Assembly (NCBI GenBank): GCA_965232515.1 | Contig: CBDDPY010000002.1 | Span: 4,992,001 to 5,056,000 of the forward strand | Source: Alphaproteobacteria bacterium | GTDB lineage: Bacteria; Pseudomonadota; Alphaproteobacteria; GCA-2731375 | Direction: 5' to 3' | Length of the DNA: 64,000 nucleotides | Shown here: piece after piece, positions 1 through 9,897 of the stretch | How the letters are laid out: the number at the start of each line of letters is the position of its first letter | Position numbering within the stretch: position 1 is the first letter of the stretch | Notes under the pieces: generated by a model | What the model was told of the DNA's origin: nothing | The model's database searches: none | What the model saw: only the letters and a program-made list of their open reading frames with translations | Translations under genes and position numbers: made by a program

Positions 1-117
1 GACCGCCGCTACCTCGTCATCGGCCGCGCCACGCACTCCATGCTGCTCGAAAACCAGCGCCACGCCCTCCACAACGCGGTCGAAGCCTTCCTGAAGGAAG
101 GCTGGGAGGGCGGCTGA
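1..117 (+). CDS. C-terminal end of a probable alpha/beta hydrolase (partial, runs off the window)
   Basis: Frame 1 is open from base 1: DRRYLVIGRATHSMLLENQRHALHNAVEAFLKEGWEGG*, resembling the His-loop and terminal helix of alpha/beta hydrolases. Confidence 0.5.
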   Translation, partial: DRRYLVIGRATHSMLLENQRHALHNAVEAFLKEGWEGG

Positions 118-135
118 GACGCGCTGCCGCCGGGG

Positions 136-1776
136 TCAATCGGTCTCGTCCGCCGCGAAGCCGTAATCGCGGCGGGCGCCCTCTGGCGTGATGAGGTTCT
201 CGGCCAGGTCACGCAACAGATGCTCGCGCCGCCTGTTTCGGGGCGGGCCGAAACCGCCACCGCCGGAGTCTTCGATCATCAGCACGTCGCCCGGCTGCAG
301 GTCATGACGGCCCTGGGCGTCGACGACCTCGCCGTTCTGGCGATAGACCCGCATGGCGCCGGCGCCACCACCATGCATGCCGAGCGGCGGGAACTGCGTG
401 CGCGGACCCATGGCGAACATCGTGAACGTGTGGCCGCTGTCGTTCACGAACTCGATGGTCTGGCCCAGGCCGCCGCGGAATTCGCCCGGACCGCCGGAAT
501 CGGGCCGCAACTCGCGGCGCAGGATCCGCGTGTTGGTTTCCTGCTCCCAAAGCTCGGTCGGCACGACGGTCATGTTCGACGGCGCCGGTGTCGCGTCGGT
601 GCCGTCGAGGCCGTCAAGCGCGCCGAAACCGCCGGCGGAGAAGAACAGCGTCGTAAACGGCTCGCCGTCGCGGCGTCGGCCCTGCACGTTGACGATGTTC
701 ATCATGCCGGGATCGCCCTGAACCCGCCCGGGCAGGGCCTCGGCCATGGCGCCGAAGATCAGCGGCGCGATGAAGTGGCCGACCATGAAGCGCGCGCCGG
801 TCGCCGCCGGCGGCTGACAGTTGAGGATCGAGCCTTCCGGCGCCGACAGCTCGACCGGGTTCACCGAACCCTCGTTGTTCGGCACGTTCGGCAGGATCAG
901 GCACTTGATCGCGAAACAGGTCATCGCCCGCGTGTAGCAGAGCGGCACGTTGATCGAGACCGGCAGACACGGGCCGGTGCCGTCGAAATCGACATGCAGC
1001 CGGTCGCCGGCGATCTCGACCGCGCAGGCCAGCGTTACCGGCTGGTCGAAAGCCTCGACCTGGATGCGGTTGCGATAGATCCCGTCGGGCACGGCCGCGA
1101 TCTGCCGGCGCATGGCGCGTTCGGACTGGGCGATAATGGCGGCCGACACGTCGCGCAGATCGTCGATATCGTATTCGTCCATGAAGCTGACGAGTTCGCG
1201 GCAGCCGACCTCGACGGCGCTGACATTGGCCATGATGTCGCCCAGCACCTGTTCGGGCACGCGGACGTTCTGCCGGATCAGATCGAGAAGCTCCGCGTTC
1301 GGCTCGCCCTCGCGGACCAGCTTCATGATCGGAATCTGCAGCCCTTCCTCGAAATGGTCGGCGTTCAGCGCCGATATGCCGCGGCCGCCAATGTCCGGCA
1401 GGTGCGAGATGCTCATGGCGAAGCCGACCAGCCGGCCGTTCTTGAAGGCCGGCCGCATGATGCAGATGTCCCAAAGATGGCCGGTGCCCATGTAGATGCT
1501 GTTGGTGACGACGACGTCGCCGGGGCGCAGAGTCTCGGCCGGGAACGCGGCCAACATGTGACGCATGGTCTGCGGCGCCGTGCCGATAAAGACCGGCACA
1601 CTGTAGGTGGCCTGGGCCAGCGACCGCCCGTCGCCGTCGAACAGAACGCAGGCGAGGTCGTAAGCGCGTACGATGGACGAGAACGAGGTGCGCACCAGCG
1701 TCAGCGCGATCTCGTTGGTGATCGAAATCAGCCGGTCCCAGAGAATGCCCAGGCCGACGGCGTCGAAATCGCTCAT
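136..1776 (-). CDS. Hydantoinase B/oxoprolinase family protein
   Basis: Motifs GTGHLWD, HLPDIGG, EEGLQIP, DSGGPGEFRGGLG, GGGGFG; overlaps the upstream hydantoinase A by 4 bp. Confidence 0.92.
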   Translation of the reverse strand: MSDFDAVGLGILWDRLISITNEIALTLVRTSFSSIVRAYDLACVLFDGDGRSLAQATYSVPVFIGTAPQTMRHMLAAFPAETLRPGDVVVTNSIYMGTGHLWDICIMRPAFKNGRLVGFAMSISHLPDIGGRGISALNADHFEEGLQIPIMKLVREGEPNAELLDLIRQNVRVPEQVLGDIMANVSAVEVGCRELVSFMDEYDIDDLRDVSAAIIAQSERAMRRQIAAVPDGIYRNRIQVEAFDQPVTLACAVEIAGDRLHVDFDGTGPCLPVSINVPLCYTRAMTCFAIKCLILPNVPNNEGSVNPVELSAPEGSILNCQPPAATGARFMVGHFIAPLIFGAMAEALPGRVQGDPGMMNIVNVQGRRRDGEPFTTLFFSAGGFGALDGLDGTDATPAPSNMTVVPTELWEQETNTRILRRELRPDSGGPGEFRGGLGQTIEFVNDSGHTFTMFAMGPRTQFPPLGMHGGGAGAMRVYRQNGEVVDAQGRHDLQPGDVLMIEDSGGGGFGPPRNRRREHLLRDLAENLITPEGARRDYGFAADETD

Positions 1777-3875
1777 GGCGCATCCCCCTCGATGGCGATT
1801 TCGGCGACCAGATTGCCGCCCTCGTCGACCCGGATGCTGTCGCCGGCGCCGACCAGGCAGGTCGACTCGTTCTCCTCGATCATCGCCGGCCCGGCGACCG
1901 TCATGCCCGGCGTCAGCGCGTAGCGGTCGTAGACGTCGGCGTCGACATAGCCGCCGGCCTCCGGAAAGTAGGCCCGGCGGCTGCCTTTGCGGGCCGGTCC
2001 GGCGCCTTTGCCGGCGACCAGGTGGAACCGCTCGCTCATCCGCGGCAGGGGGCCGTGCGCCTCCACCTTCCAGTTCACCACTTCGATCGCCTCCTCCAGA
2101 TGGCTGAGCGAAAAGATCCGCGCGTAGCGGTCGGCGAACAGCGCGGGCAGGCGCGCGAACAGACTGCCGACGTCGTCGGCGGCCGGCAGATCGACCTCGA
2201 TCTCGTAGCCCTGGCCCTGGTAGCGCATGTCCAGGCGGCGGACGACGCTGACGTCAGGCGGCGCGACGCCGGCGCGGTGCAGGAAGGTCGATGCTTCCGC
2301 CTCGATGGCCTCGAACGACGCCTTGAACTCGGCCGCCGTCAACGCCTCGAGCCGTCGCTGGTTCGAGCGCGCCAGCTCGAACGACAAGGGGCTGACCAGC
2401 ATGCCGAACGCGCTCATCACGCCCGCGCCCGCGGGCAGGATGACGCGCGGGACGCGCAGCTTGCGGGCGATGCGCAGCGCGTGCACCGGCCCCGATCCGC
2501 CGAACGCGACCATGCTGCAGTCGCGATAATCGAAACCGACTTCCGAGGCATGCACGCGGAAGGCGCGGGCGACGTCTTCGTTGATGACCTCGTGGATGCC
2601 CCAGGCGGCGCGCGTCGGATCGACACCCAGCGGCTCGGCGATGTGCCTGGCGACGACGGCCTCGGCGGCGTCCCGGTCGAGCGGCATCCGCCCGCCCAGG
2701 AAGAAGGCCGGGTCGAGGTAGCCCAGCACCAGGTCGGCGTCGGTCAGCGTCGCCGCCGTGCCGCCGCGGCCATAGCAGGCCGGGCCCGGGTCGGCGCCGG
2801 CGCTTTCCGGGCCGACGCGGATGACGCCGCGGTCGTCGACCGCGGCGATGCTGCCGCCGCCGGAACCGATCTCGATCATGTCGATGGCCGGGACCTTGAC
2901 CGGCAGGCCGCTGCCGTCCTTGAACTCGTGCACGCGGGCGACCTCGAGCTCGTAGGTCTTGCGCGGCGTCCCGGCGCGCACGATCGAGCCCTTGGCCGTG
3001 GTGCCGCCCATGTCGTAGGACAGGACGTTCGGCAGACCCAGGTTTCGGCCGTGGTGGGCGCTCATCAGCACGCCGGCGGCCGGTCCGGATTCCAGCATCC
3101 GCACGGGATAGCGCCGGGCCGTCTCCGTGGTCAGCGTGCCGCCGCTGGAGGTGACGACATGCAACGGCCCGCCGATGCCGAGCTCGCCCAGGCCCTGTTC
3201 GAGATTGCCGAGATACCGGTCGGCCATCGGTTGCACGAAGGCGTTGATCGCCGCCGTATTCCAGCGCTCGTACTCCCGCGCGAACGGCAGCACGTCGGCC
3301 GAAGTCGAGACATAGAGCTCAGGGAAGGCGTCCTCGACCACCGCGCGCGCCTGCGCTTCGTGCGCCGGATTGACGAAGGAATGCAGGAAACAGATGGCCA
3401 GCGCGTCGATGCCGTCACCCGCCATCAACGCGCCAACGGCGTCGCGCACCCGGTCGGGGTCGAGGGGCGACAGCGCCTCGCCGTCGAACCGCAAGCGCTC
3501 GTCGATCTCGACCCGCCGGCGGCGCGGAATGATCGGATCGGGAAACCGGATTGTCAGGTCGTAAAGGTCGTAGCGCCGCTCCATGGCGATGTCGAGCACG
3601 TCCTTGAAGCCCCGCGTGACCAGCATCCCGGTCCGTGCGCCCTTGCGCTCGATAACGGCATTGGTCACCAGCGTCGAGCCGTGAATGACAGCGGTCACGT
3701 CGGCCGGCGTTACGGCGCAACGACGCAACAGCGCGTCCGTCCCCTGCAGAACGGCCCGGGCCGGATCGGTCGGCGTCGTGAGATGTTTGTCGATCGCGAG
3801 CGTGCCGCTCTCATCGTCGATCAGGGCGAAGTCGGTGAACGTGCCGCCGATGTCGATGCCCAGACGATAGGTCAT
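1773..3875 (-). CDS. Hydantoinase A/oxoprolinase family protein (ATP-binding subunit)
   Basis: GIDIGGTFTD, ESGPAAG, DMGGTT, GPESAGADPGPACYG motifs; ATG at 3875 chosen. Confidence 0.93.
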   Translation of the reverse strand: MTYRLGIDIGGTFTDFALIDDESGTLAIDKHLTTPTDPARAVLQGTDALLRRCAVTPADVTAVIHGSTLVTNAVIERKGARTGMLVTRGFKDVLDIAMERRYDLYDLTIRFPDPIIPRRRRVEIDERLRFDGEALSPLDPDRVRDAVGALMAGDGIDALAICFLHSFVNPAHEAQARAVVEDAFPELYVSTSADVLPFAREYERWNTAAINAFVQPMADRYLGNLEQGLGELGIGGPLHVVTSSGGTLTTETARRYPVRMLESGPAAGVLMSAHHGRNLGLPNVLSYDMGGTTAKGSIVRAGTPRKTYELEVARVHEFKDGSGLPVKVPAIDMIEIGSGGGSIAAVDDRGVIRVGPESAGADPGPACYGRGGTAATLTDADLVLGYLDPAFFLGGRMPLDRDAAEAVVARHIAEPLGVDPTRAAWGIHEVINEDVARAFRVHASEVGFDYRDCSMVAFGGSGPVHALRIARKLRVPRVILPAGAGVMSAFGMLVSPLSFELARSNQRRLEALTAAEFKASFEAIEAEASTFLHRAGVAPPDVSVVRRLDMRYQGQGYEIEVDLPAADDVGSLFARLPALFADRYARIFSLSHLEEAIEVVNWKVEAHGPLPRMSERFHLVAGKGAGPARKGSRRAYFPEAGGYVDADVYDRYALTPGMTVAGPAMIEENESTCLVGAGDSIRVDEGGNLVAEIAIEGDAP

Positions 3876-3911
3876 GCGGGACAACTTATCGCGCTGTCGC
3901 CGCGCGGCCGT

Positions 3912-4601
3912 TTAGTCGACATATTCGACGCTGTCGGAAGCGAGATAGTCCGCCACCCAGCCGGGCTGTTTCAGGCCGTCGCGGATTTTCGCCTGCATCT
4001 CGCCTTCTTGCGCCCGCACCGTGTCCATGGCGGCCATCACGTCGGCCAGGCCCGCGCGCGGCACGTGCACGATGCCGGTGCTGTCGCCGACCAGCAGATC
4101 GCCGGCATCCACCGTCCGGCCGCCGATCGTCACCGGCAGGCCGACCGCGCCGGGTCCGGTGCGGTAGGGTGAATTGGGCGAGGCGCCCTGACAGAAAACC
4201 GGAATGCCGGCCGCCAGAATGCCGTCGATGTCGCGCACCAGGCCGTCCGTGACGATGGCCGCGATGCCGTTGTTGGCGGCCAGGCCCGCGGCGTTGTCGC
4301 CAATGCTGGCGGCGCCGTGAAAGGCGTTGGTGGCGACCACCAGCACGTCGCCCGGCCGCGCCAGCGCGATGGCCGGCATCAGCGCCAGGCTGTCGCGGGC
4401 GCCCAGCCGTGCCGTGATCGCCGGCCCGGCGAAGCGCATGGTGTCGCGCAACGGCCTGATGCGGTAGTCGAGCGCGCCGTCGCCGTTCTGGGCGTCGGCG
4501 ACGAAGCTGCTGGGCAAATCGGCGAAGGCGTCGATCTCGGCTTGCGCGGGCCGTTCGAATTGCTTGCGTACCTTCAGCGGCTTGTAGCTGTCGTAGATCA
4601 T
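3912..4601 (-). CDS. RraA family / HMG-CHA aldolase-like protein
   Basis: AGPAIT, PGDVLVV, DGLVRD, GDLLVGDSTG motifs. Confidence 0.85.
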   Translation of the reverse strand: MIYDSYKPLKVRKQFERPAQAEIDAFADLPSSFVADAQNGDGALDYRIRPLRDTMRFAGPAITARLGARDSLALMPAIALARPGDVLVVATNAFHGAASIGDNAAGLAANNGIAAIVTDGLVRDIDGILAAGIPVFCQGASPNSPYRTGPGAVGLPVTIGGRTVDAGDLLVGDSTGIVHVPRAGLADVMAAMDTVRAQEGEMQAKIRDGLKQPGWVADYLASDSVEYVD

Positions 4602-4652
4602 GCCGGTCGGTCCGTCGTGGTTGTTGGCGCTGACATCGCTATCGCCAGCCGG

Positions 4653-5405
4653 TCACAGCACCCGCTCGACGGCGACGCCGCGGACATCCGTTTCGTAGTC
4701 CAGGTTTTCGATTGGCGGGCGGGCATAGTGCCAGGTCAGGCCGGCCGGCGCCGCGCCGCGGGCGACGATCTCGTCGGCCAGGAACGTGTGCAGGTCGTAG
4801 ACGGTGTAGACCTGCGTGGCGCTGGCCTGGGCCCAGTTCAGGTTCAGCGCGCCCAGGCGCGTCTCCATCGCGGCGTGCACGTGGCGGGCCTTCTCCAACA
4901 TGGCCTCGGGCGAGCGGTCGAGGTGGCGGACGATGCGCGTCTCGGGGCCGCCGTCGCCCGGTTTCGACTCGCCGGCGCCGGCGATGACGAAGCTCGGCCG
5001 CGCGTCGGCCGGCGCCGGCACGGTATAGCTGAAGGCGTAGAAGCTGGGTTCCGACGGCGGTGCGATCTCGGGGCAGACGTTCGATCGGGCGACCGGGTTC
5101 TCCTCGTCCTTGAAGATGCCCCAGCGTTCCAGCGTGCCGACATAAATCCGGTTGAAGTCGACGAAGCCCTGCTCGGTGAACGGCGCCGGCGAGCGCAGTT
5201 CGCAGGCGCAGAAGGCGGTGAACGGCCGGCCGATCGCCGTCAGATGCGCTTCGATGGCGGCGAAGCCCGCCACCATGGGCTGCGGCGTCGCGAACCGCAC
5301 CCGCTCGATGGCAAAGCCCGGCGCGGCCGCGACCCCGCCGGAATACTGAAACGGCCCCCGCACATAGCGATAGCCGCCCGCCTCGAACAAAGCCGTTTCC
5401 GTCAT
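4653..5405 (-). CDS. CnbZ-like (2-amino-5-chloromuconate deaminase family) protein
   Basis: GYRYVRGPFQYSGGV, CACELRSPAPF, NPVARSNVCP, RPPIENLDYETDVRG match my recollection of the CnbZ family; GGAG RBS-like site upstream of ATG 5405. Confidence 0.7.
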   Translation of the reverse strand: MTETALFEAGGYRYVRGPFQYSGGVAAAPGFAIERVRFATPQPMVAGFAAIEAHLTAIGRPFTAFCACELRSPAPFTEQGFVDFNRIYVGTLERWGIFKDEENPVARSNVCPEIAPPSEPSFYAFSYTVPAPADARPSFVIAGAGESKPGDGGPETRIVRHLDRSPEAMLEKARHVHAAMETRLGALNLNWAQASATQVYTVYDLHTFLADEIVARGAAPAGLTWHYARPPIENLDYETDVRGVAVERVL

Positions 5406-5550
5406 TTCGCCCGCTCCCCTGTTGTTCCGATGCGCCAGCGTAGGGCAGGCGGCCCGCCCGCTCAATCGCCCGGTGTTGTCAGGGATTGGCCGTTCAGCTT
5501 TCCTTCACGCTATGGCGGTTATGCATGCGCCCGACGAAGGGGGACGTGCG

Positions 5551-6063
5551 ATGAGTCAGCCCGCCGTACGCGTCATGCCAATCAGCTTCAGGTTCAGCAT
5601 CGGCGTGCCGATCATGGCCGTCGTTCTCGGCCTTCCGTTCACCGCCCTGTTCCTCTGGCTGGTCTGGGATCCGTCGCTGCTGTCGAACAGCGATGATTGG
5701 GGCCTGCGCTGGCTCTACGCGCAGCCCGATATCTTGGTGCGCCTGTTCTTCCTCGCCGTCGCCTCTATCTTCTTCGACCAGATGCTGCTGGCCCATCTCG
5801 TGCCCTATCTGCGCTCGCGCACGGCGGTCGAGTTTTCGGATCGGCACCTGATCGTGAACGGCAAGTACGGCCGGTTCCGGCTGCCGCGCGAGGCCATCGT
5901 CCATGTCTACCGCCAGAGCCGTGGCAAGGTCGCGATCAAGGTCGCCGACGCCTACAAGCAGCGGTCCTGGTACGGCTGGCGGGTCGATCCCCGCATCCAG
6001 ACCGGCAACATATCCGGCCTGAACCAGGACACCTTCATGCAGAAATACGCCGACTGGCGGTAG
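5551..6063 (+). CDS. Hypothetical membrane protein (2 TM segments, basic C-terminal domain)
   Basis: Two hydrophobic segments; GC-rich third codon positions; purine-rich RBS before ATG 5551. Confidence 0.65.
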   Translation: MSQPAVRVMPISFRFSIGVPIMAVVLGLPFTALFLWLVWDPSLLSNSDDWGLRWLYAQPDILVRLFFLAVASIFFDQMLLAHLVPYLRSRTAVEFSDRHLIVNGKYGRFRLPREAIVHVYRQSRGKVAIKVADAYKQRSWYGWRVDPRIQTGNISGLNQDTFMQKYADWR

Positions 6064-6158
6064 TGCGCATTTACGCCTTGCCGGACGGCGTGCTGCCCGC
6101 TCAATCGCCCGCTGCGAGATCTCGTGCTAGGTTTGAGACGAGGCTGGGAGGCAGCGTC

Positions 6159-6644
6159 ATGGCAACCGAACGGCAAGGCGACGGTGCCGCCGTGCGCATC
6201 ATTCCGCCCACGGTACCCCTTATCACCGTGTTGGCCGGCGCAGGTCTCGGCTATCTCTGGCCGATCGACATCGGCGTCGCGCCCGGCGCGCTCTTCCGCT
6301 ACGGGCTGGGCGGCGGAATCGTGGCCGGCGCGGTTCTCGCGCTCGGTCTCTGGCCGATCCTCATGTTTCGCCGCACCGGCCAGAACCCGGAACCGTGGAA
6401 GCCAACGCCGGAAATCATCGCGCACGGCCCTTATCGTGTCACCCGCAATCCCATGTACCTGATGATGGTGCTGATCTGCCTCGGCCTAGCCATCATGTTC
6501 TGGAACCTCTGGATCCTCCTGCTGACCCCGGTCTGTGCCTGGATCCTGCAGCGCTTCGCGATCCTGCCCGAGGAGGCCTATCTCGAAGCCAAGTTCGGCG
6601 ACACCTACCGCGCCTACAAATCCAGCGTCCGCCGCTGGATTTGA
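6159..6644 (+). CDS. Isoprenylcysteine carboxyl methyltransferase/PEMT family membrane protein
   Basis: GPYRVTRNPMY and EEAYLEAKFGDTY..Y...VRRWI motifs; GGGAGG RBS. Confidence 0.88.
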   Translation: MATERQGDGAAVRIIPPTVPLITVLAGAGLGYLWPIDIGVAPGALFRYGLGGGIVAGAVLALGLWPILMFRRTGQNPEPWKPTPEIIAHGPYRVTRNPMYLMMVLICLGLAIMFWNLWILLLTPVCAWILQRFAILPEEAYLEAKFGDTYRAYKSSVRRWI

Positions 6645-6679
6645 GAACGAACGGCGTGCAGCCGATTGCGACGCGGATC

Positions 6680-8602
6680 TTATTTTGCCGTCACGGATTG
6701 CTCGGGAATGTCGAGTCCCGCTTTGAGCAGTGAGCTCCTCATGCGTTCAATAAAGTCGGGCTGCGGCCACCACCAGAACTCACCTTCAGCTTCTACAGTT
6801 GCCGCGAGGTCTGGTTTCAAAGCGACTGCCCTGTCGATAGCGGCCTCAGCTTCGTCGACCCGGTCTAGTTCGGCCAACACCATCGCTTCCATCATATGTG
6901 TTCCGTAATAGCCGGCCAGGTTCCGCTTCACCTTTAGGACTTGCTCCAGCGCCTGCTCGTACTCTCCACGCCAATAGTGCCATTGGATTGGGGTCCAAAA
7001 GTAGTTGGCCGAGGGATACGGATTGAGCTTCAAGGCTTTGTCGTTCAGGGCCTTGCCCCGGTCCCAATAACCGAGTCGGATCAATAGCGCACCCGCGATC
7101 CAAAGGTGATTGGCTTCGCTTGGTGCTAAAGCAATCGCTCTTTCCGCCGATAGACGCGCTTCCTCCCCATTTCTTAGGAAAAACTGAGCCCAGGCGATTG
7201 TCGAATGACCGAAGGGGAGATTGGGGTCTTCCTCGATTGCTCTCTGAGCGGCCTGCTTTGCTTTCTGAAGCGACTCAAGTGACATGCTTCCGAATTCGGC
7301 AGCTTCGGCGCGGTAGGTTCCAGACAAATAAGCCCAGGCCCGCGCATAGTGGGGTTCTTGGGTGACGACACTTTCGAGGCAATCCTGCGCTCTCTGGTGA
7401 ATGTCTGGCCTGTATGTCTCCCAAAAATACCACGCCAAGAGAACACATTCGTAGGATGCCAGGTCGCTCGGACGCTTGTCCTTGAGTTGTTGCAGAATTG
7501 GTTGTCTGACAGCACCGCCGAAACCGCCAATAGCTTGAGCAACACTTGAAGACAATTCGTCCTGCATATCGAAAACCCCGTCGACATCGAGGGCGCGATC
7601 GTAGGTCTCTGCCCAGACGTGGGTGCCGTCCTTGGCGTTAAGGAGCTGCGCGCTCATTCGGATGGTGCCACCAGACCGCCGCACGCTGCCCTCGAGGACG
7701 TAATCGACGCCGAGGTCGCGGCCAACCTCGCGCACGTCAACAGCCTTGCCTTTGTACTGGTAGGCTGAGTTGCGGGCGATGACGAACAGATAGAAGTACC
7801 GAGAAAGACGGGTCGTCACGTCCTCCGTTAACCCGTCGACAAAGTAGTCCTGCGCTGCGTCGCCGCTGAGGTTGTCAAACGGCAGCACCACGATCTTCGG
7901 CCCGGTCGGTAGCGCCAAGGCTGAATCGGGTCTTGCAGTGTCTTGCGCGGCTGGCAGCAGCCAGCCCGTGTACCAGAAGGCGACACCGACAAAGGCGATG
8001 ATAAGGACTGCAGCCGCCGCTGATACAGGGACCAGGAGGCGCGCACGCCCCGGCCGACCAGGCCGCGGCGCGCCCTTGGCCTCGTCCAACGCAACCCGGA
8101 AGGCCCGCACCGGCCGGGCGATGTTCTTGACCTCGACTTCGCCAAGGTCGTCGAACGCGACCTCCATCTTGTCGCGCACGTTGTCGCGGACCGTGCGGGA
8201 GACGCAGATGCCGCCCGGTTCGGCCAAGGCCTCGAGACGGGCGGCGACGTTGACGCCGTCGCCGTAGATGTCGTCGCCGTCGACCAGCACGTCGCCGAGG
8301 TTGATGCCGATGCGGTAGAGCATCTTGTCGTCGTCGGGCAGGTCGGCGTTCCGCGCGGTCATCACCGTCTGCACCTCGATGGCGGCGGTCACCGCCTCGA
8401 CGACGCTGGGGAACTCGATCAGCAGCCCGTCGCCAGCCGTGCCGACAATGCGTCCGCCATGTCTGTCGCCGATAGGGTCCGTGGCCGCGCGGTGGTCTTT
8501 CAGGCGCGCGAGCGTGCCCTGCTCATCCCGGCCCATGAGCCGGCTGTAGCCGACCACGTCGATTGCGACGATCGCGGCAAGTCTGCGTTGCGCGTCCGAC
8601 AT
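6680..8602 (-). CDS. Class III adenylate/guanylate cyclase with TM segment, TolB-like domain and TPR region
   Basis: DVVGYSRLM, GDG, RIGINLGDV, GDGVNVAARLE; IVVLPFDNLSGD...DYVLEGSVRR TolB-like motif. Confidence 0.9.
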   Translation of the reverse strand: MSDAQRRLAAIVAIDVVGYSRLMGRDEQGTLARLKDHRAATDPIGDRHGGRIVGTAGDGLLIEFPSVVEAVTAAIEVQTVMTARNADLPDDDKMLYRIGINLGDVLVDGDDIYGDGVNVAARLEALAEPGGICVSRTVRDNVRDKMEVAFDDLGEVEVKNIARPVRAFRVALDEAKGAPRPGRPGRARLLVPVSAAAAVLIIAFVGVAFWYTGWLLPAAQDTARPDSALALPTGPKIVVLPFDNLSGDAAQDYFVDGLTEDVTTRLSRYFYLFVIARNSAYQYKGKAVDVREVGRDLGVDYVLEGSVRRSGGTIRMSAQLLNAKDGTHVWAETYDRALDVDGVFDMQDELSSSVAQAIGGFGGAVRQPILQQLKDKRPSDLASYECVLLAWYFWETYRPDIHQRAQDCLESVVTQEPHYARAWAYLSGTYRAEAAEFGSMSLESLQKAKQAAQRAIEEDPNLPFGHSTIAWAQFFLRNGEEARLSAERAIALAPSEANHLWIAGALLIRLGYWDRGKALNDKALKLNPYPSANYFWTPIQWHYWRGEYEQALEQVLKVKRNLAGYYGTHMMEAMVLAELDRVDEAEAAIDRAVALKPDLAATVEAEGEFWWWPQPDFIERMRSSLLKAGLDIPEQSVTAK

Positions 8603-8771
8603 CCGGCGCTCGTCGTCAGTAGCGAAAAGGCTACGTCATCGGCGACAGTGCGGCAACGCCATGCAACCGCCGGTAGTTCCGCGCAGCTATGACGTGTCCA
8701 CTGCCGGATTCCAGAACGAACGGCGGGACGTTGTTCGCGCCCCGCCGTTGTTGTGGTGCTTCGCCGTCGGC

Positions 8772-9827
8772 TCAGGCGCTGCGGTAGGGTGGTCCGGCCT
8801 TGCGCATGAGGGCGTTGTACTGCTTGAAGATTTCGACCACGCGGGCGGTGCGCTCGCTCTCGCCGGCGATCTCGTCCCAGAACTTCAAGGCCTCGTCCTC
8901 GACCGTCTTCCATTCCTCGTCCGGGATCGAGGTCAGCTTCAGCTTGTCGCCCTGCACGCGCAGCTTGGCCTCGCCGGCCCAGTACCAGTGCTGGCGGTAA
9001 TAGTGCGACGAGTCCATGCACAGCCGGAACAGCGTCTGCAGATGCTCGGGCAGCTCGTTCCAGCGTTCTTCGTTGGCGAAGTAGGAGCCGCACCAGGCGC
9101 CGGAGATGTTGTTGGTCAGGAAGTAGTTGGTGACGTCGGCCCAGCCCACCGTGTAGTCCTCGGTGATGCCCGACCAGGCGATGCCGTCGAGCTCGCCGGT
9201 CTGCACCGCGACCTCGATGTCCTCCCACGGCAGCGTCACCGGCACCACGCCGAAGCGCGAGAGAAACCGGCCGGCCGTGGGGAAAGTGAACACCCGCTTG
9301 CCCCGGAGGTCGTCGAGGCTGCGGATCGGATCGACGGTGTTGAAGTGGCAGGGATCCCAGGCCCCGGCGCTCAGCCACTTGACGTTCTCGACCTCGCCAT
9401 AGGCCTCTTCCCAGATCTCCTTCAGGCCCCATTCGCTGAACAGCGCCGGCACGTCCAGCGAATAGCGCGTGGCGAACGGGAAGTAGCCGCCGAACACCGA
9501 GATGTCGACGGGCGCGGCGATGGAATCGTCGTCGCTCTGCACGGCGTCGATGGTGCCGCGCTGCATGGCCCGGAACAGCTCGCCCGTCGGCACCAGCTGG
9601 TCGGCGAAGTAGAGCTCGATCTCCATGTCGCCGTTCGCCACCTTGTTGAAGGCGTCGATCGACGGCTTGATCACGTGCTCGGCCAGCGTCGGGCCGGCAT
9701 AGGTCTGCAGGCGCCAGGTGATCTTCTGCTGCGCCTTCACGTAGGGCGCCGGAAACGCCGCCGCGCCGACGGCCGCCGTGGTCGCGACGCCGGCCTTGGT
9801 CAGGAACTGTCGTCTGCTCTTCGTCAT
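8772..9827 (-). CDS. dctP: TRAP transporter substrate-binding protein (DctP family) with Tat signal
   Basis: SRRQFL twin-arginine signal; ITWRLQT; adjacent to dctM/dctQ. Confidence 0.9.
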   Translation of the reverse strand: MTKSRRQFLTKAGVATTAAVGAAAFPAPYVKAQQKITWRLQTYAGPTLAEHVIKPSIDAFNKVANGDMEIELYFADQLVPTGELFRAMQRGTIDAVQSDDDSIAAPVDISVFGGYFPFATRYSLDVPALFSEWGLKEIWEEAYGEVENVKWLSAGAWDPCHFNTVDPIRSLDDLRGKRVFTFPTAGRFLSRFGVVPVTLPWEDIEVAVQTGELDGIAWSGITEDYTVGWADVTNYFLTNNISGAWCGSYFANEERWNELPEHLQTLFRLCMDSSHYYRQHWYWAGEAKLRVQGDKLKLTSIPDEEWKTVEDEALKFWDEIAGESERTARVVEIFKQYNALMRKAGPPYRSA

Positions 9828-9897
9828 CGTCAAAGCACTCCCTTGTTGTGCATGCGCCCCTCCGGGCGTTTCGGCGGTTCTTCTTTCGCCTCCGTCG

